Assembly: GCA_035498835.1 (NCBI GenBank)
Contig: DATJZU010000158.1
Coordinates: forward strand, 5,778 to 69,777
Length of the DNA stretch: 64,000 nucleotides
Direction: 5' to 3'
From: Thermoanaerobaculia bacterium
GTDB lineage: Bacteria; Acidobacteriota; Thermoanaerobaculia; UBA5066; Gp7-AA6
The notes under the pieces were generated by a model, which was given only the letters and a program-made list of their open reading frames with translations, ran no database searches and was not told the origin of the DNA. Below, in pieces: positions 7,585-17,725 of the stretch. The translations under genes were made by a program, and so were the position numbers. Every line of letters begins with the position of its first letter. The stretch's first letter is position 1.

Positions 7585-10500
7585 ATGACCGAGTCACCCG
7601 AAAGACGGGGCCGGAACTTGCCGCGATGGGTGGCGGGCGTTGCCCTGACCCTCGCGGCCGTCGCGGGTCTCGCGCAGCAACAGTCCGGAAACATCTACGG
7701 CCGGTGCGTGGACGAACAGCAGGCGGTCCTGCCGGGCGTCTCCATCACGCTCGAAGGCGGCGGCGCGCCGCAGACGACCTTCACCGACGCCAAGGGCGCG
7801 TTTCACTTCCTGAACCTCGCGCCGGGCAGCGAATACGTCCTCACGGCCGTGCTCCAGGGCTTCTCGACCGTGCGCCGCGAGCGCGTCTCCGTCACGCTCG
7901 GGAAGAACACGGACCTCACGATTCCGATGGCGCTCTCGGCCGTCGCGGCGACGGTCACCGTCTCGGGCGACACGCCGCTGCTCGACACGCGCAAGACCGA
8001 CAGCGGCCACACGTTCACGCAGTCGGAGCTCACGGAGATCCCGACGGCGCGCGACCCGTGGGTCATCCTGCAGCAGAGCCCGGGCGTTCTCGTCGACCGC
8101 GTCAACGTGGGCGGCAGCCAGGGCGGCCAGCAATCCAACTACGTGGGCAAGGGAACCGATGGATCGCAGAACTCCTGGAACGTGGACGGCGTCGTCATCA
8201 CGGACATGGCCGCGCTCGGCGCCTCGCCCACGTACTACGACTTCGACGCGTTCGAGGAGATGCAGGTCACGACCGGCGGAACGGATCCTTCCGTGTCCGT
8301 GCCCGGCGTCACGCTCAATATGGTGACCAAGCGCGGCACGAACACGGTCCACGGCTCGACGCGCGTCTTCATCACGGACGAGAAATTCCAGTCGACGAAC
8401 ATCCCTCAGGAAGCCATCGACCAGGGCATCACGAAGACCAATCGCATTTCCGGAATCCAGGACTACGGCGTGGAGGCCGGAGGACCCATCGTTCCCGACA
8501 AGATCTGGCTCTGGGGCAGCTACGGCCGCAGCCAGATCAATCTCCAGCAGACCGGCGGCGCGCTCGACCGGACGACGCTCGAGAACGAGAGCGGCAAGCT
8601 GAACATCCAGCCGATCTCCTCGAACTCGGCGACGCTCTTCTTCTTCCGCGGCGACAAGATCAAGCAGGGGCGCAGCGCCGGACCGACGCGCCCGCAGGAA
8701 ACGTCCTGGGACCAGAGCGGCCCGACGACGATCTGGAAGGGTCAGGACGAGCAGGTCTTCGGCACGACGTCCGTGCTCGAGGTGTCGTGGTCGTATCCCC
8801 GCAACACGTTCGCGCTCACGCCGGAGGGCGGACTGAACATCGATGCCTACCGCGACGCCAACCGCGTCTGGCACAATTCGTACCTCTTCTACTCGACCGA
8901 CCGGCCCTCGCACCAGGTCGCGGCGAACGGATCGTTCTTCGCGCACACCGGATCGCTCGGACACGAGATCAAGTACGGCTTCGGATATCGCACGCTCGGG
9001 CTCTCGTCGATCACGGTTTGGCCCGGAACGGGCAACGTCGTGCGCGAGAACCTGGGCCAGGTCTACCTCACGCGGCCGAAGATCCTCAATGCCTCAATGA
9101 CGTACTGGGACGGATTCATCGGCGACACGGTGACCGCGAACAACCTGACCGTCAACTTCGGCGTCCGCTACGACGAGCAGTACGGCCACAACGACCAGAG
9201 CATCGCGCCCGCCAACCCGCTCTTTCCCGAGCTCCTGGGACAGCTCGACTACCCGGGCGGCCCCTCGGAATTCAAATGGAAGAACTGGCAGCCGCGCGTC
9301 GGAGCGACCTACGCCTTCGGCAAGGGGAACAAGACCGTCGCGCGGGCTTCCTATTCGCGCTTCGCCGACCAGCTCGGGACGGCGCAGGTCAGCTTCGACA
9401 ACCCGAACGGCTATTACCCGATCCTTCGATACGAGTTCCACGACCTGAACGGCGACCACATGGTCGAGCGCGGCGAGCTCGGAAACTTCGTCGGCGCGAA
9501 CTACGTGGACCCGAGCAACCCCAATTCGGCGTCGTCGCCGAACATCACGGATCCCAACCTGAAAGCGCCCATCACCGACGAGTTCATGGCGGGGCTCGAT
9601 CAGGAGATCCTGCCGCAGTTCGTCGCCGGTCTGACCTACACGCACCGGATCCGCAAGGACCTCATCTACACGACCTTCCCGGGCTATACCTCGGCCGACT
9701 ACGTGCAGATCGACCCCGCAACGCTCGACCCGAGCGAGTGCACGCCCGGGACCCACGGCGGTTGCCTCGCCTACGACTACCTGGGCCACGTCATCGGCGA
9801 GTCCGGCCCGATCTACGGCGTCGCCAACTACACGGGAAACAGCGGCCTCTTCCAGACGAACCGTCCCGGTTATCGCCAGACCTACGACGGCGTCGAGCTC
9901 CAGGCGACCAAGCGCCTCTCGGACCGCTGGATGGCGCACGCGTCGTTCACGTGGTCTAACTGGCGCCAGAACAAGGGCGAATGCTTCGACCCGACGAACT
10001 CCGTGCAGGTCGGAAGCCCCGTCACCACGACGGGCAGCAACTCCTGCGCCGACGACATCGCCTACTACGGAGGGGCGGGCATCGGCGGGAACTTCGCGAA
10101 CGTGTACATCAACTCGAAATGGAGCTTCAACATCAACGGCCTCTATCAGCTCCCGCTCGGCTTCAACCTGGCCGCGAACTTCTTCGGGAGGCAGGGCTAT
10201 CCGATCCCCTACTTCGTCGAGGTCGAGACGGGCGACGGCACGCCGACGTCGCTCAAGGACGTGGCGGTCGGAAAAGCCGATGACTTCCGCAACAAGTCCG
10301 TCTATCAGCTCGACATGCGCCTCGAGAAGACGATCCCGCTCTTTTCCAACCAGGCGAACCTGACCTTTTCGGCGGACGTCTTCAACCTGCTCAACTCCGG
10401 CACGGTCCTCCAGGTCCAGAACGCCTCCGGCGTGGCCAACCAGATCTTCGAGATCCAGAGCCCGCGCGTGATCCGATTCGGAGCGCGGCTGTCCTTCTGA
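7585..10500 (+). CDS. TonB-dependent receptor with N-terminal carboxypeptidase-regulatory-like domain
   Basis: Signal peptide, a CarbopepD_reg-like fold (VLPGVSITLEGGGAPQTTFTDAKGAFHFLNLAPGSEYVLTA), a plug region, and a long beta-barrel ending in ...RVIRFGARLSF. Confidence 0.85.
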   Translation: MTESPERRGRNLPRWVAGVALTLAAVAGLAQQQSGNIYGRCVDEQQAVLPGVSITLEGGGAPQTTFTDAKGAFHFLNLAPGSEYVLTAVLQGFSTVRRERVSVTLGKNTDLTIPMALSAVAATVTVSGDTPLLDTRKTDSGHTFTQSELTEIPTARDPWVILQQSPGVLVDRVNVGGSQGGQQSNYVGKGTDGSQNSWNVDGVVITDMAALGASPTYYDFDAFEEMQVTTGGTDPSVSVPGVTLNMVTKRGTNTVHGSTRVFITDEKFQSTNIPQEAIDQGITKTNRISGIQDYGVEAGGPIVPDKIWLWGSYGRSQINLQQTGGALDRTTLENESGKLNIQPISSNSATLFFFRGDKIKQGRSAGPTRPQETSWDQSGPTTIWKGQDEQVFGTTSVLEVSWSYPRNTFALTPEGGLNIDAYRDANRVWHNSYLFYSTDRPSHQVAANGSFFAHTGSLGHEIKYGFGYRTLGLSSITVWPGTGNVVRENLGQVYLTRPKILNASMTYWDGFIGDTVTANNLTVNFGVRYDEQYGHNDQSIAPANPLFPELLGQLDYPGGPSEFKWKNWQPRVGATYAFGKGNKTVARASYSRFADQLGTAQVSFDNPNGYYPILRYEFHDLNGDHMVERGELGNFVGANYVDPSNPNSASSPNITDPNLKAPITDEFMAGLDQEILPQFVAGLTYTHRIRKDLIYTTFPGYTSADYVQIDPATLDPSECTPGTHGGCLAYDYLGHVIGESGPIYGVANYTGNSGLFQTNRPGYRQTYDGVELQATKRLSDRWMAHASFTWSNWRQNKGECFDPTNSVQVGSPVTTTGSNSCADDIAYYGGAGIGGNFANVYINSKWSFNINGLYQLPLGFNLAANFFGRQGYPIPYFVEVETGDGTPTSLKDVAVGKADDFRNKSVYQLDMRLEKTIPLFSNQANLTFSADVFNLLNSGTVLQVQNASGVANQIFEIQSPRVIRFGARLSF

Positions 10501-10564
10501 CCCTTCGCGGCTCCGCCTCTCGCCCGGTCCGCCGCCGCCGGCGGGCCGGGCTCCTCTCACCGCC

Positions 10565-11572
10565 TCAGCGGCCGAAGAAGATCAGGATCGCCGCGCGCAT
10601 CGCGAGATAAGCGAGAACGAGGGCGATCGGCGTCCGGTAGCGCCGGATGAATCGACCGACCCTCTCGAACGGCGTCTCACGGTGGGCCGATGGGACCTCG
10701 CCCTCCAGAAACCTCCCGACGTCGGCCGAGAGATCCGGCACGCTCGGGTAGCGATCCTCCGGACGCGGCGCCATCGCGCGGCGGGCCACGGCGCCGAGCG
10801 CCCGGGCGGCCGCGGCGTCGGGGGCGGGCGCCGCGGCAAGCAGATCGCGCAGGATGACCCCGAGCGCGTGGATGTCCGTCCGCGCGTCCACGAGGTCCGT
10901 TCGGCCGTCGGCCTGCTCCGGCGCCATGTATGCACGCGTCCCCACGACCGTGCCGCCCGGCTCGACGGGATCCTCGGTGCTCCGCGCCACTCCCCAGTCG
11001 AGGACGAGCACCTCGCCGAAGCCGCCGAGCATCACGTTCTCCGGCTTGAGATCCCGATGGACCACGCCGGCCGCGTGCGCGAACGCGACCGCGTCGCAGA
11101 TCTTCCGGAAGACGGCGAGGCGGTCGACGAGCGACGGGCCGGATCGCGCGTACTCGTCGAGCCGGCGGCCGCGCACGTGCTTCATCGCGTAGAAGACGCG
11201 GCCGTCGGGAAGCGTTCCTGCGTCGTGCACGGGCACGAGGCCGGGGTGCTCGAGGCGCGCCATGACCCGCGCCTCGCGGAGGAGACGCGCGGCCTCTGCG
11301 CCGGCGTTGCCGGAGCTCTCGAGCGTCAGGACCTTCAGCGCCACCGGCCGCTCGAGGGCCGCGTCTTCGGCGAGATACACGGTCCCCATTCCGCCGCGCC
11401 CGATCTCCTCGCGGATCGTGTAGCGCGTGCCCGAGAGGTCCGGCCGGTCCGCCGCGGCCCGCAGCCGCTCGAGCGCCTCGTCCGAGAGCCGTCGCACGAT
11501 GAGAAAATATGCCACCGGGGCGCCGGACGCGCGAACCCGGCCGCGGACGCCCCGTAGATACAGGAGCCCCAT
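10565..11572 (-). CDS. serine/threonine protein kinase (Hanks-type)
   Basis: G-loop GRGGMGTVYLA, VAIK-like ALKVL, catalytic loop HRDLKPENVML, DFG-equivalent DWG, and APE. Start taken at MGLLYLRG; an internal GTG start is also possible. Confidence 0.8.
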   Translation of the reverse strand: MGLLYLRGVRGRVRASGAPVAYFLIVRRLSDEALERLRAAADRPDLSGTRYTIREEIGRGGMGTVYLAEDAALERPVALKVLTLESSGNAGAEAARLLREARVMARLEHPGLVPVHDAGTLPDGRVFYAMKHVRGRRLDEYARSGPSLVDRLAVFRKICDAVAFAHAAGVVHRDLKPENVMLGGFGEVLVLDWGVARSTEDPVEPGGTVVGTRAYMAPEQADGRTDLVDARTDIHALGVILRDLLAAAPAPDAAAARALGAVARRAMAPRPEDRYPSVPDLSADVGRFLEGEVPSAHRETPFERVGRFIRRYRTPIALVLAYLAMRAAILIFFGR

Positions 11573-13730
11573 GAGCGTCGAGCCCCGCGAGCGATTCGCC
11601 GCCTTCCCGCCGCCGGACCGCGGGGCGCCTGCGTCGGACTTCCGTCTCGCCGGCCGGCTCGTGCGCCCGGCGTTGAACCGCGTCGAGACGTCCGAGGCAG
11701 CGGTGTCGCTCGAGCCGAAGGTCATGCGCGTGCTCCTCGCGCTCGCGCGTCGGCCCGGCGAGGTGGTGACGAAAGAAGAGCTCTTCCGCGACGTCTGGGA
11801 CGGCGCCTTCGTCTCGGAGGACGTCCTGACGCGCGCGATCGGCGAGCTCCGCCGGCTCTTCGGCGACGACGCGGCGAGTCCCCGCGTCATCGAGACGATC
11901 CGCAAGTCCGGCTATCGGCTGATCGCGCCGATGGCCCCGCCCGCCGCCGCGGAGCCGGCCGACGTCCCGGTGGTGGCGGCGCCGACCGATCGCCGAGGCG
12001 TCGTCGCCGCTGCAGCGATTGCGGTCGCGGCAGCCATCGGCGTCGCATTCCTCCTCCGAACTTCGCCCCGGCGCGACGCCGCGCCGCTCCGCGTCCGGCC
12101 GCTCACGACTTATCCGGGAAACGAGCGCGACCCCGCGCTCTCGCCCGACGGCACGCGTGTCGCCTTCGCGTGGAACGGCGGTTCGGGCGAGGCCATGAGC
12201 CTCTACGTCCAGATGGTCGGCGGCGAGAATCCGCTGCGCTTGACGCGCGACCCGTCCGTCGAGGACCGAACGCCGGCGTGGTCTCCCGACGGCAAGCGCC
12301 TCGCCTTCACGCGCGCGACGCGAAGCGATTGCCGGATCTTCCTCGTTTCCGCGCTCGGAGGCGAGGAGCGGCCGCTCGCGCCGTGCGGCGACGCCGAGTA
12401 CCGCCGCGTGGCCTGGTCTCCCGACGGCCGGTGGCTTGCCCTCTCGCGGCGCGACACGCGCGGCGTGCTCGCTCTCGAGCTCCTCTCTCCCGAGACGCTC
12501 GAGCGCCGCCCGGTCACGCGCGCGCCCGACGGCTTCCTCGGCGACACGTCGCCGGCCTTCTCCCCCGACGGCCAAACGCTCGCCTTCACGCGCAACCGGA
12601 CCGACGGCGTCAACGACATCTATCGCGTGGCGATCTCGGGCGGAGATCCCGTGCGCCTGACCTTCGACGACCGCGACACGATGGGCAGCGACTGGTCGGC
12701 CGACGGCCGGAGCATCCTGTTCTCCTCGAGCCGCGCCGGGATCTATAGCCTGTGGCGCGTTCCTTCGAAGGGCGGCGGCGAGCCGTCCTGGGTTGCCGGC
12801 GGCGGCATCAAGATGAAGCACCCCTCGGCCTCACGGCAGGGGAATCTCGTGGCGTTCGAGAACTGGCTCTACGAGATCAACCTCTGGCGCGTTCCGGCGC
12901 GGTCCGACTCCGGCGCGGGGCCGCCGCGCCGGCTGACCGAAGCGACGGACGAGTGGAACTTCGGCCCGAGCCTCTCGGCCGACGGCGCGCGCGTCGTCTT
13001 CGTCTCGACCCGTTCGGGAAGCGAGGAGATCTGGATCGCCGGCTCCGACGGCGCCGGCGCGAGACGGCTGACGTCCTTCGGAGGAGCGCGGCTCGAGTCG
13101 CCGCGCCTCTCTCCCGACGGGCGGCGCATCGTCTTCTCGGCGCGGGCGCCGGCCCGGTCGAGCCTGTACCTCGTCTCCGCCGACGGCGGGGTGCCGGAGC
13201 GCCTGACCGACGACACCTCCGACGCTCTCGCGCCGCGCTGGTCGCGCGACGGGCGCGCGATCTACTTCGCATCGCGGCGCAGCGGCGCGTGGCAGGTCTG
13301 GCGGCTCGCGCTCGACGGGCGCGGCGTCTCGCCGATGACCACGGCGGGCGGCTACGCCGCGCAGGAGTCGCCGGACGGGCGGTCCCTCTACTTCACGCGC
13401 GCGGACGCCGCCGGCATCTGGCGAATGAGCCTGCCCGCGGGCGAACACGAGGGCGAGGCTCTCGAGCGCGTGACCGATCGGCTCGCCCCCGAGGACTGGG
13501 CCAACTGGGAGATCGGCGCGGCCGGCATCTACTTCCGCGAGCTGTGCCCCCGGCACGAAGGACCCGCGGTCGCGCTGCTTCCCTGGGGCGCTCCCGCGCC
13601 GCGCGACCTCGCCCCGCTCGTGGACCAGGGCTGGTCCGGTTTCGCGGTGTCGGCGGACGGCGAATGGATCGTCTATCCGCGCGTCGACCGCCACACCTGC
13701 GACATTCGCGCGATCGAGAACCCGGCCTGA
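11571..13730 (+). CDS. winged-helix (OmpR/CadC-type trans_reg_C) transcriptional regulator fused to a TolB-like beta-propeller (PD40 repeats)
   Basis: N-terminal region KVMRVLLALARRPGEVVTKEELFRDVWDGAFVSEDVLTRAIGELRR, one TM segment, then repeated WSPDG/ SPDG beta-propeller blades. Confidence 0.85.
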   Translation: MSVEPRERFAAFPPPDRGAPASDFRLAGRLVRPALNRVETSEAAVSLEPKVMRVLLALARRPGEVVTKEELFRDVWDGAFVSEDVLTRAIGELRRLFGDDAASPRVIETIRKSGYRLIAPMAPPAAAEPADVPVVAAPTDRRGVVAAAAIAVAAAIGVAFLLRTSPRRDAAPLRVRPLTTYPGNERDPALSPDGTRVAFAWNGGSGEAMSLYVQMVGGENPLRLTRDPSVEDRTPAWSPDGKRLAFTRATRSDCRIFLVSALGGEERPLAPCGDAEYRRVAWSPDGRWLALSRRDTRGVLALELLSPETLERRPVTRAPDGFLGDTSPAFSPDGQTLAFTRNRTDGVNDIYRVAISGGDPVRLTFDDRDTMGSDWSADGRSILFSSSRAGIYSLWRVPSKGGGEPSWVAGGGIKMKHPSASRQGNLVAFENWLYEINLWRVPARSDSGAGPPRRLTEATDEWNFGPSLSADGARVVFVSTRSGSEEIWIAGSDGAGARRLTSFGGARLESPRLSPDGRRIVFSARAPARSSLYLVSADGGVPERLTDDTSDALAPRWSRDGRAIYFASRRSGAWQVWRLALDGRGVSPMTTAGGYAAQESPDGRSLYFTRADAAGIWRMSLPAGEHEGEALERVTDRLAPEDWANWEIGAAGIYFRELCPRHEGPAVALLPWGAPAPRDLAPLVDQGWSGFAVSADGEWIVYPRVDRHTCDIRAIENPA

Positions 13731-13745
13731 GGCCGGAGGCGGCCG

Positions 13746-15908
13746 TCAGGCGCGCAAATCTTCGGGCCGGATCGGAAGCTTCCGCACCCGCTTCCCGGTC
13801 GCCGCGAAGATCGCGTTGGCGACGGCGGGCGCGACCGCCGGGACCGGCATCTCGCCGAACCCCGACGGCCGGTTGAGCCTGTCCGAGGCGACGGCGTAGA
13901 CCTCGACCTCCGGCATCTCGGCGAGCGCCAGTACGGGAAACTCGCGGTAGCTCGTCTCGGCCACGCGGCCCCTGGCGATCGTGATCTCGCCCTTCAGTGC
14001 GTAGGAAAGCGCCCAGGCGACGCCGCTTTCGACCTGCCCCTCGAGCCCGAGCGGATTGACGACCTGGCCGCAGTCGGTCGCGGTCACGACCCGGTGCACG
14101 CGCACGTCGCCCGCGTCTCCGACCGATACCTCGGCCACCTGCGCGATGAGCGTCCGCCCGTGGTACACGTTGCAGGCGATTCCCCGGCCCGACCGCCGGC
14201 CCGGGACTTTCGCCAGAGGCGACGACCAGCCGGACTTCTCCGCGGCAAGATCGAGCACGGCGCGCAGCTCCGCGCGATCCACCTCGCGCGTCGCGAACGG
14301 GAACTTGCCTTCGAGGTGCCGGCGACGCAGCGCCAGAGGATCCTCGCCGAGATGGTGCGCGATCTCGTCGATCAGGCTCTCGCGCGCGAAGACATTCGGC
14401 GGGTAGAACACCGAGCGCCACGCGCCGGTCGCGACGGGAGACTCCACGTCCGTCCACTCGACGCGCAAGTTGTCGATGGCGTACGGGTTGTCGTAGCCGC
14501 CCCAGGGATTCACGTCCGGATCGTCCACGGCGTTCGGGTCGAACGCGCCGAACATCGTGAGGTGGAACGTCGTGAAGCGGTGGGTCCAGGCGACAATTCG
14601 TCCCGACGCGTCGACTCCCGCCGCGATGTCCGCGCGGCCGGCCGGGTGCAGGAAGTCGTGCCGGAACTCGTCCGGGCGCGACCAGACGACCTGCACCGCC
14701 CGTCCCGCAGCGCGCGCGACCTCGACGGCCTCGACGGCGTAGTCCGCTCCGAGGCGCCGGCCGAAGCCGCCGCCGATGAGCGTGACGTGCACGCGGACGT
14801 TCTCCGGGGCGATGCCCAGGAGCTTTGCCGCCTCCCGGCGGACGCGCTCCGGGTTCTGCGTGGGCGTCCAGATCTCGCAGCGGCCGGACGACACCCGCGC
14901 GATCGTGCTCCCGGGCTCGACCGAGGCGTGCGCCTGGAACGTGTCGCGGTACGTCGCCGAGAATCGCGCCGTCGCTCCCGCGAGCGCCGCTTCGACGTCG
15001 CCGGACTTGCGCGACACGCGACCGGGACGGGCGGCCGCCTCGTCGAGGCGGCGCCAGAGATCCTCGGTCGAGAGCGCCGCGTTGCGCCCCTCGTCCCAGA
15101 CGACGTCGAGCGCGTCGCGGCCTTCGAGCGCCGCCCAGGTGTCGTCGGCGAGGACCGCGATGCCGTTCGAGATCGCCACGACGCCGCGCACGCCGGGCAC
15201 TTTCTTCGCCTTCGCGGCGTCGAAGCGCACGAGTTTTCCGCCGGCCACCGGGCACCGCGCGATCGCGGCGAACAGCATATCCGGAACACGCGTGTCGAGG
15301 CCGTACTTCGCGCGCCCCGACACGATCGCCGGCCCGTCGATTCGCGGCACGCGCGTCCCGACGATCCGGAAGTCCTTCGGGTCCTTGAGCGGCGGATCCT
15401 TCGGCACCGGGAGCTTCGCGGCATCGGCCGCGAGGGCGCCGAAGCCGAGCCGCCGGCCCGTCGGCGCGTGCACGACGAAACCTCTCTCCGCGCGGCACTC
15501 GCCGGCCGGAGACCCCCACCGTCGCTCGGCCGCCGCGACCAGCATCTCCCGCGCCGACGCCGCGGCCTTGCGGAGCACGGGCCACGAGGAGATCACGCTG
15601 TCGCTCCCGCCCGTGTTCATGTCCGGGTAGTCCGGCGACGGCGACGCCTGCTCGATCGAAATGGAGGACCAGTCGGCCTCGAGCTCCTCGGCGAGGATCA
15701 TCGCGAGGCTCGTACGGACGCCCTGCCCCATCTCGGAGCGCGCGACCACGAGCGTGACGCGCCCGTCGGCTCCGATGCGCAGCCACTGGTTCGGCGCGAA
15801 CGGGGAAACGCCGGCCGCCGTCTCCGCCAGCAGCGGGAGACGCAGCGCGGCGCCCGCCGCGCCGGCGAGCGCCCCGTACCGCAGGAAATCCCGCCGGGTG
15901 GCGCTCAT
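13746..15908 (-). CDS. xanthine dehydrogenase-family molybdopterin-binding subunit (IorB/aldehyde oxidoreductase large subunit), Tat-exported
   Basis: Twin-arginine signal [20 protein letters not shown]. Aldehyde oxidase/xanthine dehydrogenase Mo-binding domains follow. The start overlaps the stop of the 2Fe-2S subunit (ATGA). Confidence 0.85.
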   Translation of the reverse strand: MSATRRDFLRYGALAGAAGAALRLPLLAETAAGVSPFAPNQWLRIGADGRVTLVVARSEMGQGVRTSLAMILAEELEADWSSISIEQASPSPDYPDMNTGGSDSVISSWPVLRKAAASAREMLVAAAERRWGSPAGECRAERGFVVHAPTGRRLGFGALAADAAKLPVPKDPPLKDPKDFRIVGTRVPRIDGPAIVSGRAKYGLDTRVPDMLFAAIARCPVAGGKLVRFDAAKAKKVPGVRGVVAISNGIAVLADDTWAALEGRDALDVVWDEGRNAALSTEDLWRRLDEAAARPGRVSRKSGDVEAALAGATARFSATYRDTFQAHASVEPGSTIARVSSGRCEIWTPTQNPERVRREAAKLLGIAPENVRVHVTLIGGGFGRRLGADYAVEAVEVARAAGRAVQVVWSRPDEFRHDFLHPAGRADIAAGVDASGRIVAWTHRFTTFHLTMFGAFDPNAVDDPDVNPWGGYDNPYAIDNLRVEWTDVESPVATGAWRSVFYPPNVFARESLIDEIAHHLGEDPLALRRRHLEGKFPFATREVDRAELRAVLDLAAEKSGWSSPLAKVPGRRSGRGIACNVYHGRTLIAQVAEVSVGDAGDVRVHRVVTATDCGQVVNPLGLEGQVESGVAWALSYALKGEITIARGRVAETSYREFPVLALAEMPEVEVYAVASDRLNRPSGFGEMPVPAVAPAVANAIFAATGKRVRKLPIRPEDLRA

Positions 15909-16375
15909 CGCGCGCCTCCGAGCGCGCCGGCGCGCCGCACGGCCCGGCGAACCCGCGCATACGTGCCGCATCGGCAGACGTGGCCGTCGAAGGCGCGGTC
16001 GATGTCCGCGTCGGTCGGACGGGCCGTCCGGGCGAGCAGCGCCGCGGCCTCCAGAATCATTCCCGGCTGGCAGTAGCCGCACTGCGCGACGTCCTCCGCG
16101 AGCCAGGCCTTCTGGCAGGGATGGCCGCCGTCGGGCGAGAGGCCTTCGATCGTCGTGAACCGCCGCCCCGCCGCCGCCGAGACCGGCGTCTGGCAGGACC
16201 GGACGGCCTCGCCCGCCATGAGCACCGTGCAGGCGCCGCAGGCGCCCATGCCGCAGCCGAATTTCGTTCCCGTCAAGCCGAGCCGGTCCCGCAGGACCCA
16301 GAGGAGCGGCATGTCCGGGTCCGCCGCCTCGACCTCGCGAGGCTGCCCGTTGACCGTGAATCGGTAGCGCGCCAT
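15905..16375 (-). CDS. (2Fe-2S)-binding subunit of molybdenum hydroxylase (IorA-like)
   Basis: Cysteine motifs [11 protein letters not shown] and CGYCQPG...CRCGTY. Confidence 0.9.
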   Translation of the reverse strand: MARYRFTVNGQPREVEAADPDMPLLWVLRDRLGLTGTKFGCGMGACGACTVLMAGEAVRSCQTPVSAAAGRRFTTIEGLSPDGGHPCQKAWLAEDVAQCGYCQPGMILEAAALLARTARPTDADIDRAFDGHVCRCGTYARVRRAVRRAGALGGAR

Positions 16376-16464
16376 GGAGTCCCTCCTCGACGTTTCTTAC
16401 GGCGGAATCCGGCCGGAGGTCCCGAGGTCCTGCCGAGGTTCTCCCGAGGATCGATGCCCGTAGC

Positions 16465-17211
16465 CTACGGAGCGCCGCGGCCGAGAATCGTCCGAACCTC
16501 CTCGCGGTATTCCCGTTCGCTCCCCGTCACGCGGCGGAGCCGTTCGAGCACGATCCGCCGGAAGGTCCGCCGCGCGAAGGCGAGCTGGTTGGTGACCTCG
16601 GTGACGGACAGCGACAGCTCCCGGCCGAGCTCCGCGTAGGTCGGCGCGCCTTCGGGAGGGTCCAGGTCATAGGCCTCGAAGAGCCGGAAGGCCGGGGACT
16701 TCCCGCGGCGGCGGCACTCGGCCTCGAGCTCGGTGAGCGCGGCCGAGAAGAGCCCGCGCACGAACTCCTCGTGGAAGACGTCTTCGGGCGCCTTCCCGGC
16801 GGGCAGCGGGCGCTCGGAGATCTCCCCTTCGGCGCTCGCGAAGTCGAGCGAGAGGAGCGGCGCGCCGGGATCCCGCTTCAGACGTCGGGAGGCCTTGCGC
16901 TCGTTGGCGACGTACCCGTCGAGGCAGGTCCGCAGGAACGTCCGGAAGCTGCCCTTGCGCGCGTCATACGCCGAAAGCCACGACTTCTCGAAGGCGCGCG
17001 CGAAGAAACCCTGCGTGAGATCCCGCGCGCCCTCGCCGTCCTCGCGCCAGCGCAGACGCAGGTACTTGTAGGCCGGCTTCCAGTACGCCTCGACCACGGC
17101 GGAGAAGCCCCGTTCGCGGGTGTCGGGATCGGAGCTTCCCGCCTCGCGCACCGCAGACAGGCGCGTCGTCGGGAACCGACCCCGGCCGCCGGTGACGGCG
17201 TCCTCGCGCAT
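16465..17211 (-). CDS. RNA polymerase sigma-70 family (ECF-like) sigma factor
   Basis: Region 2-like segment (AYWKPAYKYLRLRW ... LTQGFFARAFE) and region 4-like segment (TYAELGRELSLSVTEVTNQLAFARRTFRRIV). Confidence 0.7.
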   Translation of the reverse strand: MREDAVTGGRGRFPTTRLSAVREAGSSDPDTRERGFSAVVEAYWKPAYKYLRLRWREDGEGARDLTQGFFARAFEKSWLSAYDARKGSFRTFLRTCLDGYVANERKASRRLKRDPGAPLLSLDFASAEGEISERPLPAGKAPEDVFHEEFVRGLFSAALTELEAECRRRGKSPAFRLFEAYDLDPPEGAPTYAELGRELSLSVTEVTNQLAFARRTFRRIVLERLRRVTGSEREYREEVRTILGRGAP

Positions 17212-17247
17212 CCGGCGAAGGATATGCGACCGGCGGGCCGGACGATC

Positions 17248-17697
17248 TCAGCCCCGCCGGACGGGCGGGAGCCCCAGGCGCTCGAAGGTGTCCCGCGTCT
17301 CCGAGTTCAGGTCGTAGTCCGCGAGGCGGTCGGCGGGAACCCACGCCGCGGCTTCGAACTCCTCGTTCAGAACGATCTCTCCCGGCCGCGCCCGGCATTC
17401 CGAGACGAGGAAGATCATGTGGAGCCTTCGGCGCGATCCGTCGGGAAAGAGCTTCTCGCCCACGCGCTCCTTGAAGAAGAGCGGCCGGGTCTCCGAGATC
17501 TCGAGGCCCGTCTCCTCCCGAATCTCGCGTGCGAGAGCCTGCTCCAGACTCTCCCCCGGCTCGACGCCTCCCCCCGGCAGACCCCATTGCCCAGGGAAGA
17601 CGCCACGATGCTTCGGCATCCGGCAGATCAGGTACGACCCGGCGGCGTCGCGCAGGACCCCCGCGACGACGAGCCGCTGCGGCGCGGGTTCGCTCAA
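17248..17697 (-). CDS. NUDIX hydrolase
   Basis: Nudix box GGGVEPGESLEQALAREIREETGL. Probable TTG start. Confidence 0.85.
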   Translation of the reverse strand: MSEPAPQRLVVAGVLRDAAGSYLICRMPKHRGVFPGQWGLPGGGVEPGESLEQALAREIREETGLEISETRPLFFKERVGEKLFPDGSRRRLHMIFLVSECRARPGEIVLNEEFEAAAWVPADRLADYDLNSETRDTFERLGLPPVRRG

Positions 17698-17725
17698 GGA
17701 CCGCGGACTCCGAGCCGGCCCGAGC

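Noticed and set aside
10565-11905. 446-aa extended kinase ORF
   Set aside because: The first roughly 110 residues are Ser/Arg-rich, antisense to the CadC-like gene's HTH-coding region, and lie upstream of the kinase G-loop by far more than usual. They were trimmed to the MGLLYLRG start.
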